The position numbers were made by a program, and so were the translations under genes. From Bacteroidota bacterium (GTDB lineage Bacteria; Bacteroidota; Ignavibacteria; Kapaibacteriales; UBA2268): a DNA stretch of 64,000 bases. Under the pieces are notes generated by a model, which was given only the letters and a program-made list of their open reading frames with translations, had not been told where the DNA came from and ran no database searches. Below are positions 8,598-19,515 of this stretch, in pieces (position 1 is the first letter of the stretch; the number at the start of each line of letters is the position of its first letter). The DNA is taken from assembly GCA_022707965.1 (NCBI GenBank), contig JAKIZO010000003.1:7357-71356 (forward strand), given 5' to 3'.

Positions 8598-9830
8598 ATG
8601 AAAGTGGATAATTTAATATCACTGCGTTATATTTTCCCGAAACATTCATTCAATTTTATTTCTTATATAACATTTCTCTCTATTCTTGGAATTATTATTG
8701 GTAATGCCTCGCTTGTTGCCGTTCAATCCATATTTAATGGGTTTCAGGAACTTACTCTCAAACAAATTGTTGGTATCGACCCACATATCAGATTAATCCC
8801 CCAGAAAGGTAATTTCATTAACCTAAACGATATTGACATCGAAAAAATAAAAGATATTGGAGAGATAAACTTCATAAATCCAACTTTACAAAGCAAAGTT
8901 GTTGCTGTTCATAATTCTAAAATGCAGGTGTTCAATCTTATTGGATTAGAACCCAATAGCCATTTATTTAAAGATGAATTGCCCCGATATCTTATTTCTG
9001 GTAGTTTTGGAATTTTCAATAAATTGAGCGAGCAAACAATCTTTATCGGCTCTGCACTTGCAGAACGTTTACAAGTAGCGGTCGGGGAAAGCATAGAACT
9101 CTTCACTCCAAACAGTATCGAAGGCAGTTTGCTGGCATTTTCTCAGCCCAGAGGTTATACCGTATCAGTCGGTGCTATTATTAATACCAACATAAAAGAC
9201 TACGACCTAACACTTGCATTTATAAGCTCCAGTGATTTAAAACATTTGCTTTCTATACCTGCTAATTCAGTTAATTCAATAGATATTTTTCTCAAAGATT
9301 TTCAGAAAGCTGATGAAATCAAAGCAAAGTTGTCAAATATTCTTCTACAAGATGTCAAAATTCAAACCTGGAAAGAATTAAATAGCCAGCTATATTCAAT
9401 AATGAAATTTGAGAAACTTGTTTCATTTGCAATTGTTGGTATTATTATTATCATTGCCGTTTTTAATTTGTTTGCATCTCTTTCTATGACAATCACCGAA
9501 AAGCAACAAGATATTGCAACTCTGAAAGCCATCGGTGCAAATGATAAATTGATAAAGAAGATTTTTCTTAAGGTTGGGTTATTTATTGGCGTTATTTCTA
9601 CCATCTTGGGGTTATTGCTTGGTATTGGTTTTGTTTATGCACAATCTAACTACAAATGGTTCAAAATTGATATAAACCGCTATATAATCGACGCCATACC
9701 CGTGAGCTTGAATATTTGGGATGTTCTTATTGTTGCTTTTTTCTCGATATTATTATGTTTTTTAGCAACTATTTATCCCGCACATCAGGCAATGAAAATT
9801 AACATCGCAGAAGAATTACGAAATGATTAA
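8598..9830 (+). CDS. ABC transporter permease, LolC/LolE / FtsX-MacB family
   Basis: N-terminal TM, a large periplasmic domain and a C-terminal FtsX-like 3-TM bundle (TEKQQDIATLKAIGA motif). ATG 8598 is preferred over TTG 8586. Confidence 0.88.
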   Translation: MKVDNLISLRYIFPKHSFNFISYITFLSILGIIIGNASLVAVQSIFNGFQELTLKQIVGIDPHIRLIPQKGNFINLNDIDIEKIKDIGEINFINPTLQSKVVAVHNSKMQVFNLIGLEPNSHLFKDELPRYLISGSFGIFNKLSEQTIFIGSALAERLQVAVGESIELFTPNSIEGSLLAFSQPRGYTVSVGAIINTNIKDYDLTLAFISSSDLKHLLSIPANSVNSIDIFLKDFQKADEIKAKLSNILLQDVKIQTWKELNSQLYSIMKFEKLVSFAIVGIIIIIAVFNLFASLSMTITEKQQDIATLKAIGANDKLIKKIFLKVGLFIGVISTILGLLLGIGFVYAQSNYKWFKIDINRYIIDAIPVSLNIWDVLIVAFFSILLCFLATIYPAHQAMKINIAEELRND

Positions 9831-9850
9831 TATATTTCAGGAGATTTTTT

Positions 9851-11398
9851 ATGAACCCATCTGATTACAAAATCAAAACAGCAATTATCTCAGTTTCCGA
9901 CAAAACTGGTGTAGTTGATTTTGCCAAAAAGCTCGCAAGTCTTGGCATTGAAATTTACTCAACTGGCGGAACTGCCAAAATTCTCAAAGAAGCTTCGATT
10001 GAAGTAAAAAGCATTTCTCAACTTACGGGCTTCCCCGAAATTCTTGGTGGTCGTGTGAAAACTTTGCATCCAGCGGTCCACGCAGGCTTGCTTGCAGACC
10101 TTTCGAACGAAGAACACGTTCGTCAACTTTCAGAAAATAATCTTAAATCAATCGATTTGCTCGTTGTTAATTTGTATCCTTTTGAACAAACTTTGAACAA
10201 GGAAAACGTAACTCACGAAGAATTGATTGAAAATATTGACATCGGTGGTCCTGCTATGCTGCGTGCGTCAGCAAAGAACTACCGATGGACAGCCGTTGTT
10301 GTAAATCCCGACCGCTATTCTGAAATCATTGCCTATCTCAAAGCAGGGCAGTCAATCCCGGAAGACTATCGCTTGAAGCTTGCTGGTGAAGTGTTCTCTC
10401 ATACTGCGTACTACGATAGTCTTATCGCTAAGTATTTTAATCAATACAACCAAATCGAAATCCCTGAAAAAATAAATCTTTCCTTCAATTTATCTCAAAC
10501 CTTGCGTTATGGAGAAAATCCCCATCAAAAAGCCGCTTTATATGGCTATTTTAATTGCATCTTCGAAAAATTGCACGGCAAAGAACTTTCTTTCAATAAC
10601 ATTATTGATATTAGCGCCGCAACGGAACTTATTTCAGAGTTCGACGAACTTGCTCTTGCAATAATAAAGCACACGAATCCCTGTGGTGTTGCTCTTGGCA
10701 ATACTATCGCTGAGGCGTTCGAAAAGGCACTTACTACCGATAATGTTTCGCCTTTTGGCGGAATTATTGCAGTCAATCGAAAAATTGATTCCGACGCAGC
10801 CAATGCAATTCATTCTATGTTTACAGAAGTAATTATTGCACCCGACTTCACTGATGACGCTTTGGAATTGCTTATGAAAAAGAAAGATAGAAGACTTATT
10901 AAAGTTAATTTTGAATTGTTGGAAAAACATTTTGACAAGAACATTCGTTCTGTCCCAGGCGGATTGCTCGTCCAGGATAGCGATAATTTATTGCTTGACG
11001 AAAGTAACCTTCAAGTTGTAACAAAAAGAAAGCCGACTGATGATGAACTGCAATCAATGAAATTTGCGTGGAAAGTTTGCAAACACGTAAAATCTAATGC
11101 TATTGTTTATGCAAAAAGCGACAGAACACTGGCTATCGGCGCTGGACAAATGTCGCGTGTTGATTCTTCAAGAATTGCTGTTGAAAAAGCAAAGCTTCAA
11201 GGTATTGATTTAACTGGTTCAGCAATTGCTTCCGATGCATTCTTCCCATTTGATGATGGTGTTCGATATGCTGCTTCTGCTGGTGCAACTGCTGTAATCC
11301 AACCCGGAGGTTCTGTCCGTGATGAAGAAGTCATCAAATCGGCTGATGAACTAAATTTAACAATGATTTTCACAGGAATAAGGCATTTCAGACATTAA
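9851..11398 (+). CDS. purH: Bifunctional AICAR formyltransferase / IMP cyclohydrolase
   Basis: 515 aa. MGS-like N-domain ([22 protein letters not shown]) plus an AICARFT domain. AGGAG Shine-Dalgarno site upstream. Confidence 0.96.
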   Translation: MNPSDYKIKTAIISVSDKTGVVDFAKKLASLGIEIYSTGGTAKILKEASIEVKSISQLTGFPEILGGRVKTLHPAVHAGLLADLSNEEHVRQLSENNLKSIDLLVVNLYPFEQTLNKENVTHEELIENIDIGGPAMLRASAKNYRWTAVVVNPDRYSEIIAYLKAGQSIPEDYRLKLAGEVFSHTAYYDSLIAKYFNQYNQIEIPEKINLSFNLSQTLRYGENPHQKAALYGYFNCIFEKLHGKELSFNNIIDISAATELISEFDELALAIIKHTNPCGVALGNTIAEAFEKALTTDNVSPFGGIIAVNRKIDSDAANAIHSMFTEVIIAPDFTDDALELLMKKKDRRLIKVNFELLEKHFDKNIRSVPGGLLVQDSDNLLLDESNLQVVTKRKPTDDELQSMKFAWKVCKHVKSNAIVYAKSDRTLAIGAGQMSRVDSSRIAVEKAKLQGIDLTGSAIASDAFFPFDDGVRYAASAGATAVIQPGGSVRDEEVIKSADELNLTMIFTGIRHFRH

Positions 11399-11422
11399 TG
11401 GTGTATCCTTGATAATAACACA

Positions 11423-11455
11423 AAAGGCGAGGCAAACACTGCCCCGCCTTTTTAT
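11423..11455. terminator. Bidirectional intrinsic terminator between the convergent purH and OmpA-family genes
   Basis: Stem AAGGCGAGGC / GCCCCGCCTT (one mismatch) with a 7-nt loop, followed by TTTTATT. Confidence 0.65.
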
Positions 11456-11471
11456 TGATTTTTACACTGTA

Positions 11472-14117
11472 TTATTTTTCGTATTCTGAAATCGGAGTTC
11501 GAATTACTACCTGAACCGTTCTATTGTAGAAGCGTCCCTCTGGTAAATCATTTGTATACAATGGGTCATCTTCTCCAACACCCTTTGAACTCAACGAAGC
11601 AAATCTTCCGCCCGTTGCTTTAATTATACCTTGTCGAACTGTTTCGGCACGTCTTTCCGATAATTTTTGATTATGATCGAATAAACCTACAACATCAGTA
11701 TGCCCAACAACTTCTACAACAGAGGTAGGTTTCACACGATCGTAGACATATTCACGCATAATTCGGTTGTTTGTTTCCCCAGCTTCAGCCGAGTTGAATG
11801 GGAAAAGAATAAGATTATAGCGTTCAAGCGTACTATCACCGACAACCGAGGTCTTCTTTTCTAATGTTGAGATTTGTTTAACTGGAATGGTTATTGGGTC
11901 AGAAGAACATTCAGCTCCGCTCTTTGTCGTTACAATTAGTTGTGCTGTATATGGAACTTCATCTTTTGGATATTTACCTTCTTCATTTGTCCAATCCCAA
12001 ACATAATTAGCTTCTGTCAATCCAATATCATTCAAAGTTATCCATTTTTCATTCCCACGTTTAATCTCAATTCTTCTTTTTGCGATAATTGCATCATCAA
12101 TACCATTTTTTATTACAAATTTCATTTCCTCTGGCTGTGGGAATGTAGTGGGATCTTTATCAAATACAGGTTTTGTTACGTTCCAGTCGTCGCAGAGAAT
12201 TTCTACACGGCGATTTTCCTGAATACCTAATGAATCTTTTAGGTTAGAAACAACAAGTGGTTTCTCTCTAAAAGTAAGTTTCATTCTATCAGGACTTATA
12301 TTCCAGATATTCTTGAAATAATTATATACAAATTCAGCTCTTTCTTTAGATAGATTTGGTCTTTTTTCTTCCGGTGTTGTCCCGTCTGTTGTTCCAACGA
12401 TTTCAATTTTAACATCCGGATATTTGTTCAATCGATAACCGTAAATATTCAAAACGTGATAATATTTGTTCAGAGTACCACCTGCAATTGTCGTATCTGT
12501 AAAGTTTTTAGTTTCTTCAGGTGATTTAAATAGAATATATCGAGGTGGAAGAACAGATGAACCCAGATCAAAAAATACATAATTCAGCAATGGATACAAA
12601 TCCCACGTTTGTACTTCTTCCATTACCAGTCCGCGGTAGCTTGCAAGTTTTGGGTCAGCTACTTTCGCTCTTCTAATATAATCTGCTTCATCGATTTCTG
12701 CTGTAATAACAGGTCTTTGCCCCATCAAAATTTTCACGTTAATTTCATCAGCAAATTTCTTGGCTTCTTCTGGGTCGTCTGTTTTCTTTGGTTTGATTAC
12801 TTCCTGCATTACTGATTTTTTACCATATTTCGGATTAAAGGCAGTAATTTCTAATTGAACTTTGTTTGCTGCATCTTTTCCTTCACCATAATCGCTATTA
12901 GTTACAACATATTCAAATTTGGTTCGCTGCAAATTAAGTGAATCAGTATAAATTCTACCCGTAATTGGATTTTTTATTTCAATTTTTGCTGGTATAAATT
13001 CACCCGTACATTCATCAACAACTGTTCCTGCAACATTTACAGCACGGAAAAATGTTGGAACAAAAGCCATAAAAATATCATAATCTCCCTGATAACCAGG
13101 AATATCTGTTCTTCGTGAAGAGAAGTAAAGAATATCACCCGATGCTGGCAAAGTGATGAACATTTCGTCTTCTTTAGTGTTTATTGGTTCACCCAGGTTT
13201 TCTGGTGTGCTCCAGGTTTTAGTTACTGGGTCGTATCGTGTAACATAGAAATCAAGCCCACCATAATTTGGTTTATGTCCATCTGAAGCAAAAAACAATG
13301 TTTGATTATCTGCTGCGATAAATGGCGATACTTCACGTCCCTTTGTATTTATTGCTTCTAAATTTTTGGCTGGCTTCCATTCTTCTAAATCGTAGTCCCA
13401 GTCTGAATACCAAATATCGAAATTCTTTGGAACATTTCTTCCATCGCTATTTGGTCCTTTTCTGGTTGATACAAAGTATAATCTGCTCTGGTCTGGCGCA
13501 ATTGATGGTTGCGAATCAAATACATCGGAATTAACATTTTTACCTAAATTTACAGGTCGTCCCCAGCGGTCGCCTTCAATCGTTGTTTTGTAAATATCGC
13601 AGTCTCCTATTCCATCAGGGCGGTTGCAACCTGTGAAATATAACGTTCTGCCATCTGCACTAATTGAGGCATCTCCTTCATTCAACTCGGTATTGACACC
13701 AAATCTACCAAGATTTGTTGTTGTATCAATGTTAAATGGTTGGAAAAATACTGTATCCAATCTTTCAGGTTTTTTTGCTGCCCAAAAATCGTGAGAATTT
13801 TTCCCGTCTGGTGTGAGCTTGCTCCCAGGTCTGTTAGATACAAAATATAATGTTCTACCATCAGCACTGATAGTTGGTGCGTAATCCAATCCTTCCCAAT
13901 TTACAACTGGTCCCAGATTAATTATCCTAATTCTCTTACTTGCTATAATATTAGATTGTCCCTCGACTGGTTCAATTTTCATAGCAAGTAAATACAAATT
14001 GTTACTATTTGCAGTCTCCTCGTTTTCAAATTTGTTTTGTGAAAACAAAGACTGCGAAATCAATATGCAGAAAAATAAGAACAAAGAAATCAGCGAAAAT
14101 GTCTTAAACTTTTGCAT
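11472..14117 (-). CDS. Secreted TolB-like (PD40 repeat) beta-propeller protein with two C-terminal OmpA-like peptidoglycan-binding domains
   Basis: 881 aa with a signal peptide. At least five repeats of the ISADGRTLYF/SxR type. The C-terminal OmpA_C motifs are GHTD...N..LSERRA...V and NRRVEIL. Confidence 0.85.
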   Translation of the reverse strand: MQKFKTFSLISLFLFFCILISQSLFSQNKFENEETANSNNLYLLAMKIEPVEGQSNIIASKRIRIINLGPVVNWEGLDYAPTISADGRTLYFVSNRPGSKLTPDGKNSHDFWAAKKPERLDTVFFQPFNIDTTTNLGRFGVNTELNEGDASISADGRTLYFTGCNRPDGIGDCDIYKTTIEGDRWGRPVNLGKNVNSDVFDSQPSIAPDQSRLYFVSTRKGPNSDGRNVPKNFDIWYSDWDYDLEEWKPAKNLEAINTKGREVSPFIAADNQTLFFASDGHKPNYGGLDFYVTRYDPVTKTWSTPENLGEPINTKEDEMFITLPASGDILYFSSRRTDIPGYQGDYDIFMAFVPTFFRAVNVAGTVVDECTGEFIPAKIEIKNPITGRIYTDSLNLQRTKFEYVVTNSDYGEGKDAANKVQLEITAFNPKYGKKSVMQEVIKPKKTDDPEEAKKFADEINVKILMGQRPVITAEIDEADYIRRAKVADPKLASYRGLVMEEVQTWDLYPLLNYVFFDLGSSVLPPRYILFKSPEETKNFTDTTIAGGTLNKYYHVLNIYGYRLNKYPDVKIEIVGTTDGTTPEEKRPNLSKERAEFVYNYFKNIWNISPDRMKLTFREKPLVVSNLKDSLGIQENRRVEILCDDWNVTKPVFDKDPTTFPQPEEMKFVIKNGIDDAIIAKRRIEIKRGNEKWITLNDIGLTEANYVWDWTNEEGKYPKDEVPYTAQLIVTTKSGAECSSDPITIPVKQISTLEKKTSVVGDSTLERYNLILFPFNSAEAGETNNRIMREYVYDRVKPTSVVEVVGHTDVVGLFDHNQKLSERRAETVRQGIIKATGGRFASLSSKGVGEDDPLYTNDLPEGRFYNRTVQVVIRTPISEYEK

Positions 14118-14230
14118 TTACATCCACCTTGTTTGTTTACTAAAAATTAATATTTTAATAATTTTCAATTAATAAATTACCTTAAAATCTCAAAAAATCA
14201 AAATCATTTATGAATAATATTTCAAAATTA

Positions 14231-15007
14231 TCAAATTTTTACTCTCAATTCTAAAAGTATTCTCCAATTGATAATTTTAAAATTGTCCCCGTAATCGGAA
14301 AATTTACTAAATTGATAGTAATAATAAAATTGTGGAGATAAATAGAAATCATTTTCTACTTTGAAATCAAATCCAATGTTTGTCGCAAGTCCTATTTGCA
14401 TAGAATTAATATCTGGATAATCATTGTTTTCAAGCACAATCTTATTTGAGTTGGTCTCGGGGAATACTATCTTCACATTTTCTCCATTTGGAAGCAATAC
14501 ATTTTCGTCCAAAATCTCTTTTTCGTGCTTTACCTTAGCTGAGAAAACATAGGAAAATGATGGCGATATTTTAATAAATATCAAATTAAAACCTATAAAT
14601 TTTAGATATGGTTGAATTGCTAAAGCATTTGAATTCATATCGCTTGTATGCCTAAAATTAACCCCGACAAATCTATCCTTTTCGTATTCGAAGGCTTCTC
14701 TTTCTCTGAAACTTGCTCTGATAGATAAATTATCATACATCAGAGCAAATCCATATTTTATATAATTATCTTCAAGAAAATCTTCCCAATTAATCCCAAA
14801 CGTATAACCAAACTTATTGCCATTCTCAAACTTACAGCCTTCGCAGTCCACATAGCTTGTGCCAATTTGATAGTTCCCACCTAATCCAATAATCACACCC
14901 GCTTCTTTGGGCTTCTTTGGAATTAATGGAGCTAATGGGTCAGACATCTGACAAAAAACAGAGTTTATCGAAAGTATTGTTAGTACAATATATAGTAACT
15001 TTTTCAT
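14231..15007 (-). CDS. Hypothetical outer-membrane beta-barrel-like protein
   Basis: 258 aa with a signal peptide (LSINSVFC/Q) and alternating aromatic/hydrophobic strand pattern. I recognise no family. Confidence 0.5.
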   Translation of the reverse strand: MKKLLYIVLTILSINSVFCQMSDPLAPLIPKKPKEAGVIIGLGGNYQIGTSYVDCEGCKFENGNKFGYTFGINWEDFLEDNYIKYGFALMYDNLSIRASFREREAFEYEKDRFVGVNFRHTSDMNSNALAIQPYLKFIGFNLIFIKISPSFSYVFSAKVKHEKEILDENVLLPNGENVKIVFPETNSNKIVLENNDYPDINSMQIGLATNIGFDFKVENDFYLSPQFYYYYQFSKFSDYGDNFKIINWRILLELRVKI

Positions 15008-15087
15008 AAATTCACCAAAAGTTTTTTCTTGTTTATTCGACTATACATTTGTAATTAACAATTTAACAAAAAAACGTTACATTATTT

Positions 15088-16455
15088 ATGGTAAATTTTG
15101 AACTAAGCGAAGAGAAGAAATCTAAATTAAATTGGGTCCGCTATCTTGCGGTCAGAATTTTAAGTCGTTATGAACGTAGTGATTCCTATTTGGACAAGTT
15201 ATTAGCAAATGAACTTAAAAATAATGAACTAACTCAACAAGATAAAGCACTTCTTACAGAGCTCATCAATGGTGTTGTTCGCTGGAAATTAAAATTAGAT
15301 TGGGCTTTGACTGGCTTTTATAATGGCGATTATCAAAAATGTCTGAACTTTGTTAAAAATGCAATGCGAGTTGGGCTTTATCAAATTATGTTTTTAGAGA
15401 AAATCCCTGCTTATGCCGCAATTGATGAATCAGTAGAAATTGTAAAGCAAATTCAAGGCGAGAGAACTGCTGGTATGGTGAACGCTGTTCTGAGAAACCT
15501 TCATCGAAGCCTTGATAAAATTCGTTATCCCGATAGAGAAGAAGATTTAGTCTATTATCTCGCAACTGTTCATTCTCATCCAAAATGGATGGTAAAACGC
15601 TGGCTTGAAAGATTTTCCGAAGAGGACACCGAAAAATTGCTTATCGCAAACAATCAAAGACCATATATTCCTATCAGGGTTAATCTCCTGAATTCCTCTA
15701 TTGAAAAAATTAAATACCTGCTCGATAAAAATAATGTTGATTACGTTCAATATGAACATCTTCCACAAACTTTTCTATTAAAAAATCCAAAATTTGATAT
15801 TACTTCTACTGAAATTTTTCAAAATGGTGAAATTACAATTCAAGACCCAAGTGCTTCGCTTGCAGTTATGCTTGCCAACCCCGCACCAGGATACAAAGTG
15901 CTCGATATTGCTGCTGCTCCTGGCGGAAAATCCTTCTTCCTTGCCGAACTTATGAAAAATCAAGGCAGTATTTTAGCAATTGAAAAGTATTCGTCGAAAA
16001 TAAAATCAATTAACGAAGGTAGTCAAAGATTAAAACTTCCTATTATTCAAACACTTGTAGAAGATGCTCGAAAACTTCGCTTGCAGGAAAAAGTTGATTT
16101 AATCTTTGCTGATTTGCCGTGTTCGGGATTGGGAACATTACGAAAAAAAACTGATATTAAATGGAAGAGAGATACAGACGATATTCCGAAAATTGTTGAA
16201 TTGCAGAAAGAAATAATATCAAATGCTGTGAGATTTATGGAAAAAGGTAGTGTTCTGATTTATTCCACCTGTACAATTGAGCCCGAAGAAAATCAGGAAG
16301 TCGTCTACTGGTTACTTGATAATTACAAGGATTTGCAAATTGACCCTGCTGAAAATTATCTCCCACAAGAATTTTGCAAAGATGGATTTATGCAGACCTT
16401 CCCACATATTCACGGAATTGACGGCGCTTTTGCCGCTCGTATTATTAAAGTTTAG
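15088..16455 (+). CDS. rsmB: 16S rRNA (cytosine967-C5)-methyltransferase
   Basis: 455 aa. NusB-like N-domain plus a SAM methyltransferase with DIAAAPGGKS, DLPCSGLGTLRKK and YSTCTIEPEENQ. Confidence 0.9.
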   Translation: MVNFELSEEKKSKLNWVRYLAVRILSRYERSDSYLDKLLANELKNNELTQQDKALLTELINGVVRWKLKLDWALTGFYNGDYQKCLNFVKNAMRVGLYQIMFLEKIPAYAAIDESVEIVKQIQGERTAGMVNAVLRNLHRSLDKIRYPDREEDLVYYLATVHSHPKWMVKRWLERFSEEDTEKLLIANNQRPYIPIRVNLLNSSIEKIKYLLDKNNVDYVQYEHLPQTFLLKNPKFDITSTEIFQNGEITIQDPSASLAVMLANPAPGYKVLDIAAAPGGKSFFLAELMKNQGSILAIEKYSSKIKSINEGSQRLKLPIIQTLVEDARKLRLQEKVDLIFADLPCSGLGTLRKKTDIKWKRDTDDIPKIVELQKEIISNAVRFMEKGSVLIYSTCTIEPEENQEVVYWLLDNYKDLQIDPAENYLPQEFCKDGFMQTFPHIHGIDGAFAARIIKV

Positions 16456-16484
16456 TTCTTTTTGTTTCTGTCGATATTTGATTT

Positions 16485-17246
16485 ATGAAATCAAACAAAA
16501 AAAATAATGCTCAGCCGACACCTCACAGTCCAGACAAAGACCGTTATTTAGTTACTTATGCCGATCTCATTACTTTGCTTTTAGGTTTGTTCGTTATTCT
16601 TTATGCCTCCTCTCAGGTGGATCAGGAAAAATTCAAAGATATTTCCTCTGCACTTACTAAATATTTCAAAAGTCAGCCTGCAAACCCAATAGAAGGTGGC
16701 GATGGTGTGCTCGAAGCAAGTCGCCGAGCAATACCCGAGCCTATGATTGCCCCACGCGAAGCTAAAAGTATCAAAGAAATCGAAAGCGAAGCTGCCAATG
16801 TTTTCAAAGACTACATTGCAAAAGGCGAACTCTCGCTCCGAACGACTTCCGAAGGGCTCGTCGTTGTGCTTCCCGAAAAACTTCTCTTTCGTTCAGGTAG
16901 AGCTAAAATTCAATCTGATGGCTTACCCGTAATAGATTCGCTTGCTAAAATTCTGGCAACTCTAAACAACACTATTTTTGTTGACGGTCATACCGACAAC
17001 ACTCCCATCAGAACCTTTCAATATGAATCAAACTGGCACCTCTCCGTTGCCCGTGCTTTAAATGTAGGGTATAGGCTTATTTCTCTTGGTGTTTCTGACG
17101 ATAACCTTGTTATCAGAGGCTTTGCCGATAAAAGACCAGTCGAGGACAACTCAACCGAAGAAGGTCGAGCCAAAAACAGACGTGTCGAAATTACAATTTC
17201 ACGAGTTGATGACAATTCTCCTGCAAAACTCACTAAGTCCGACTAA
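16485..17246 (+). CDS. OmpA/MotB-family protein (MotB-like TM plug plus peptidoglycan-binding domain)
   Basis: DRYLVTYADLITLLLGLFVILYA, a MotB-type TM helix with Asp, and C-terminal GHTDNTP...NWHLSVARA...NRRVEITI. Confidence 0.85.
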   Translation: MKSNKKNNAQPTPHSPDKDRYLVTYADLITLLLGLFVILYASSQVDQEKFKDISSALTKYFKSQPANPIEGGDGVLEASRRAIPEPMIAPREAKSIKEIESEAANVFKDYIAKGELSLRTTSEGLVVVLPEKLLFRSGRAKIQSDGLPVIDSLAKILATLNNTIFVDGHTDNTPIRTFQYESNWHLSVARALNVGYRLISLGVSDDNLVIRGFADKRPVEDNSTEEGRAKNRRVEITISRVDDNSPAKLTKSD

Positions 17247-17320
17247 TCGCCTATTATTGTTTTTTTATTCATCAAAATAAGGTAATTTTGTAATTATTCT
17301 TAATATCATATAGGATTTTT

Positions 17321-18196
17321 ATGCTCAAAAGTATGACGGGGTTCAGTAAAGTTGAACTCAATGAAAACGGGTTTTATGTTACTGTCGAAATAAAAACATT
17401 AAATGGTAAAAATTTAGAAATTAACTGTCGTTTGCCAAAATCTTTGTCCCATCACGAACTTGAAATTCGCGAAATTCTTAGAAATAATATTTCGCGTGCA
17501 AGTGTGTTTCTCTCGATTAATGTTGATACAGACCCATCTATAAAAAGCTTCAACATTAATCTTGATGCTGCCGCTGCTTGCTATAATGTTCTAAACCAAT
17601 TAAAAAAAGAATTAAAACTAAAAGATGCCGTAAAATTGGAAAATTTACTCGCGTTTCGCGATTTGCTCTATAAGCAGGACGATGCTATTGACGAAGACGT
17701 CTGTATGAAACTTATTACCAGAGCTCTGAAACAAGCTCTTAAAAACCTTGATGCAATGAGACTTCGCGAAGGGCAACAAATTTCCAAAGATATTATTGCT
17801 CGAATGAAGAAAATCCACGAAAATGTTCAAAAAATCGAACAAATCAGTTTGAACAAAGTCCCACAGGAAAGAGAACGATTGAGAAATCGTGTCGCTCAAC
17901 TTTTCGAAAGCGATGAAATCGACGAACATCGCCTGCAACTTGAAATTATCTTGCTCGCTGATAAACTCGATATTTCGGAAGAATGCACCCGACTATATTC
18001 ACACTTTAAGTTTTTTAATGATGCCGTTAAATCAAAAGTTTCCGAAGGTAGAAAAATTAATTTTCTATTGCAGGAAATTCATCGAGAAATTAATACAATC
18101 GGTAGCAAAGCCAACGATACCGAAATTTCTCATCTTGTTGTCCATTGCAAAGAAGAACTCGAAAAAATTCGTGAACAAGTGCAAAATATTGAATGA
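17321..18196 (+). CDS. yicC: YicC-family stress-induced protein (YicC_N + DUF1732)
   Basis: 291 aa. KSMTGF start motif and C-terminal QEIHREINTIGSKAND signature. Confidence 0.88.
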   Translation: MLKSMTGFSKVELNENGFYVTVEIKTLNGKNLEINCRLPKSLSHHELEIREILRNNISRASVFLSINVDTDPSIKSFNINLDAAAACYNVLNQLKKELKLKDAVKLENLLAFRDLLYKQDDAIDEDVCMKLITRALKQALKNLDAMRLREGQQISKDIIARMKKIHENVQKIEQISLNKVPQERERLRNRVAQLFESDEIDEHRLQLEIILLADKLDISEECTRLYSHFKFFNDAVKSKVSEGRKINFLLQEIHREINTIGSKANDTEISHLVVHCKEELEKIREQVQNIE

Positions 18197-19515
18197 TGAA
18201 CAATTTCCTTGTAGTTGCTTATTATTTCCCACCGTCTGGTGGTCCAGGTGTTCAACGAGTTCTCAAACACATCAAGTATATTCGCCAGTTCGGTTGGCAG
18301 CCAATTGTTTTGACTGTCGAGAACGGCCAGTTCCCCGCTCGCGATGAATCTCTGATTGCTGAAATTCCCGACGATGTTATTGTCCGCCGTACAAAAATTT
18401 ATGAACCTTATGATATTTACCGGTTTTTTACAGGCAAAAAGCCAGGCACCCCGATTGACGTCAATACAATTAAAAAAGAAGACCAATCACTGAATTTCAA
18501 AGAGCGTATCTCTGAATTTATCCGTGCTACTTTCTTCATTCCCGATGCTCGTATTGGCTGGCTTCTTACTGCAAAAAAAGAAGCTCTTAAAATTATTAAT
18601 GAATATAATTGCAAAGCAATATATTCATCTTCTCCTCCTTACACTTGTTCTTTGATTGCAAGATATGCTAAAAGAAAAACTAATTTGCCCTGGGTTGCGG
18701 GTTTGCGCGACCCTTGGACAGGCTTTATTTCTGCACCAAAACGCTGGTTCTTACCTGCAATCATAGACAGAAGCTTAGAAAAATCTGTATTCGAAGAAAG
18801 CAACTTTGTCGAATGTGCCTGGGAAGGAATAATAAAAGATGCTTTTAACAAATATCCATCGCTCGACAAAGACAAATTTATTCACGTCCCTAATGGATTC
18901 GATTCAGAAGATTTCCCAGATGTTGATTACAAGAGAAACGAAAAATTCACTCTTACTTATACTGGCTCAATGTACGGCAGACGCAACCCACTTGCGTTAC
19001 TTACTGCTATCGAAAAACTTTTGTCTGATAATAAAATCAGTGCTAATGATTTCAAATTAAAGTTTATTGGGCGTTTTGGTAATGAAGTTCTTGAAATGTT
19101 CGATAATTGCTCTTTCAAACAAAACATCGAAATTATTGGTTATATCCCACACAAAGATAGCATCGCACATCTAATGACTTCCGATGCTTTACTGCTTGTC
19201 GTAGATGAATCAAAAGAAAGTGAAGAAATTGTGCCTGGAAAAGTATATGAATACATAGGCGTCCAACGACCAATACTTGCAATCGCACCGACCAACGGTG
19301 CAATTGCTCGATTAATTTATGATACTAATTCTGGTAAAGTTGCTCATCAAACCGAAATTAGCACCATTTCTGATATTTTCCTGGATTTTATCAACTTGTG
19401 GAAATCAAATTCTACGATTATTAACCCAAATCTTGAATTAATCCAGCAATTTGAACGAAAAAATGCGGCGAAAAAACTCGCAGAATTATTAAATAGCGTT
19501 ACTACCCTAACTTAA
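18193..19515 (+). CDS. Glycosyltransferase (GT-B fold, GT4-like)
   Basis: 440 aa. N-terminal YYFPPSGGPGVQR motif and C-terminal PGKVYEYIG..RPILAI (E-x7-E-like region). ATGA overlap with yicC. Confidence 0.65.
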   Translation: MMNNFLVVAYYFPPSGGPGVQRVLKHIKYIRQFGWQPIVLTVENGQFPARDESLIAEIPDDVIVRRTKIYEPYDIYRFFTGKKPGTPIDVNTIKKEDQSLNFKERISEFIRATFFIPDARIGWLLTAKKEALKIINEYNCKAIYSSSPPYTCSLIARYAKRKTNLPWVAGLRDPWTGFISAPKRWFLPAIIDRSLEKSVFEESNFVECAWEGIIKDAFNKYPSLDKDKFIHVPNGFDSEDFPDVDYKRNEKFTLTYTGSMYGRRNPLALLTAIEKLLSDNKISANDFKLKFIGRFGNEVLEMFDNCSFKQNIEIIGYIPHKDSIAHLMTSDALLLVVDESKESEEIVPGKVYEYIGVQRPILAIAPTNGAIARLIYDTNSGKVAHQTEISTISDIFLDFINLWKSNSTIINPNLELIQQFERKNAAKKLAELLNSVTTLT

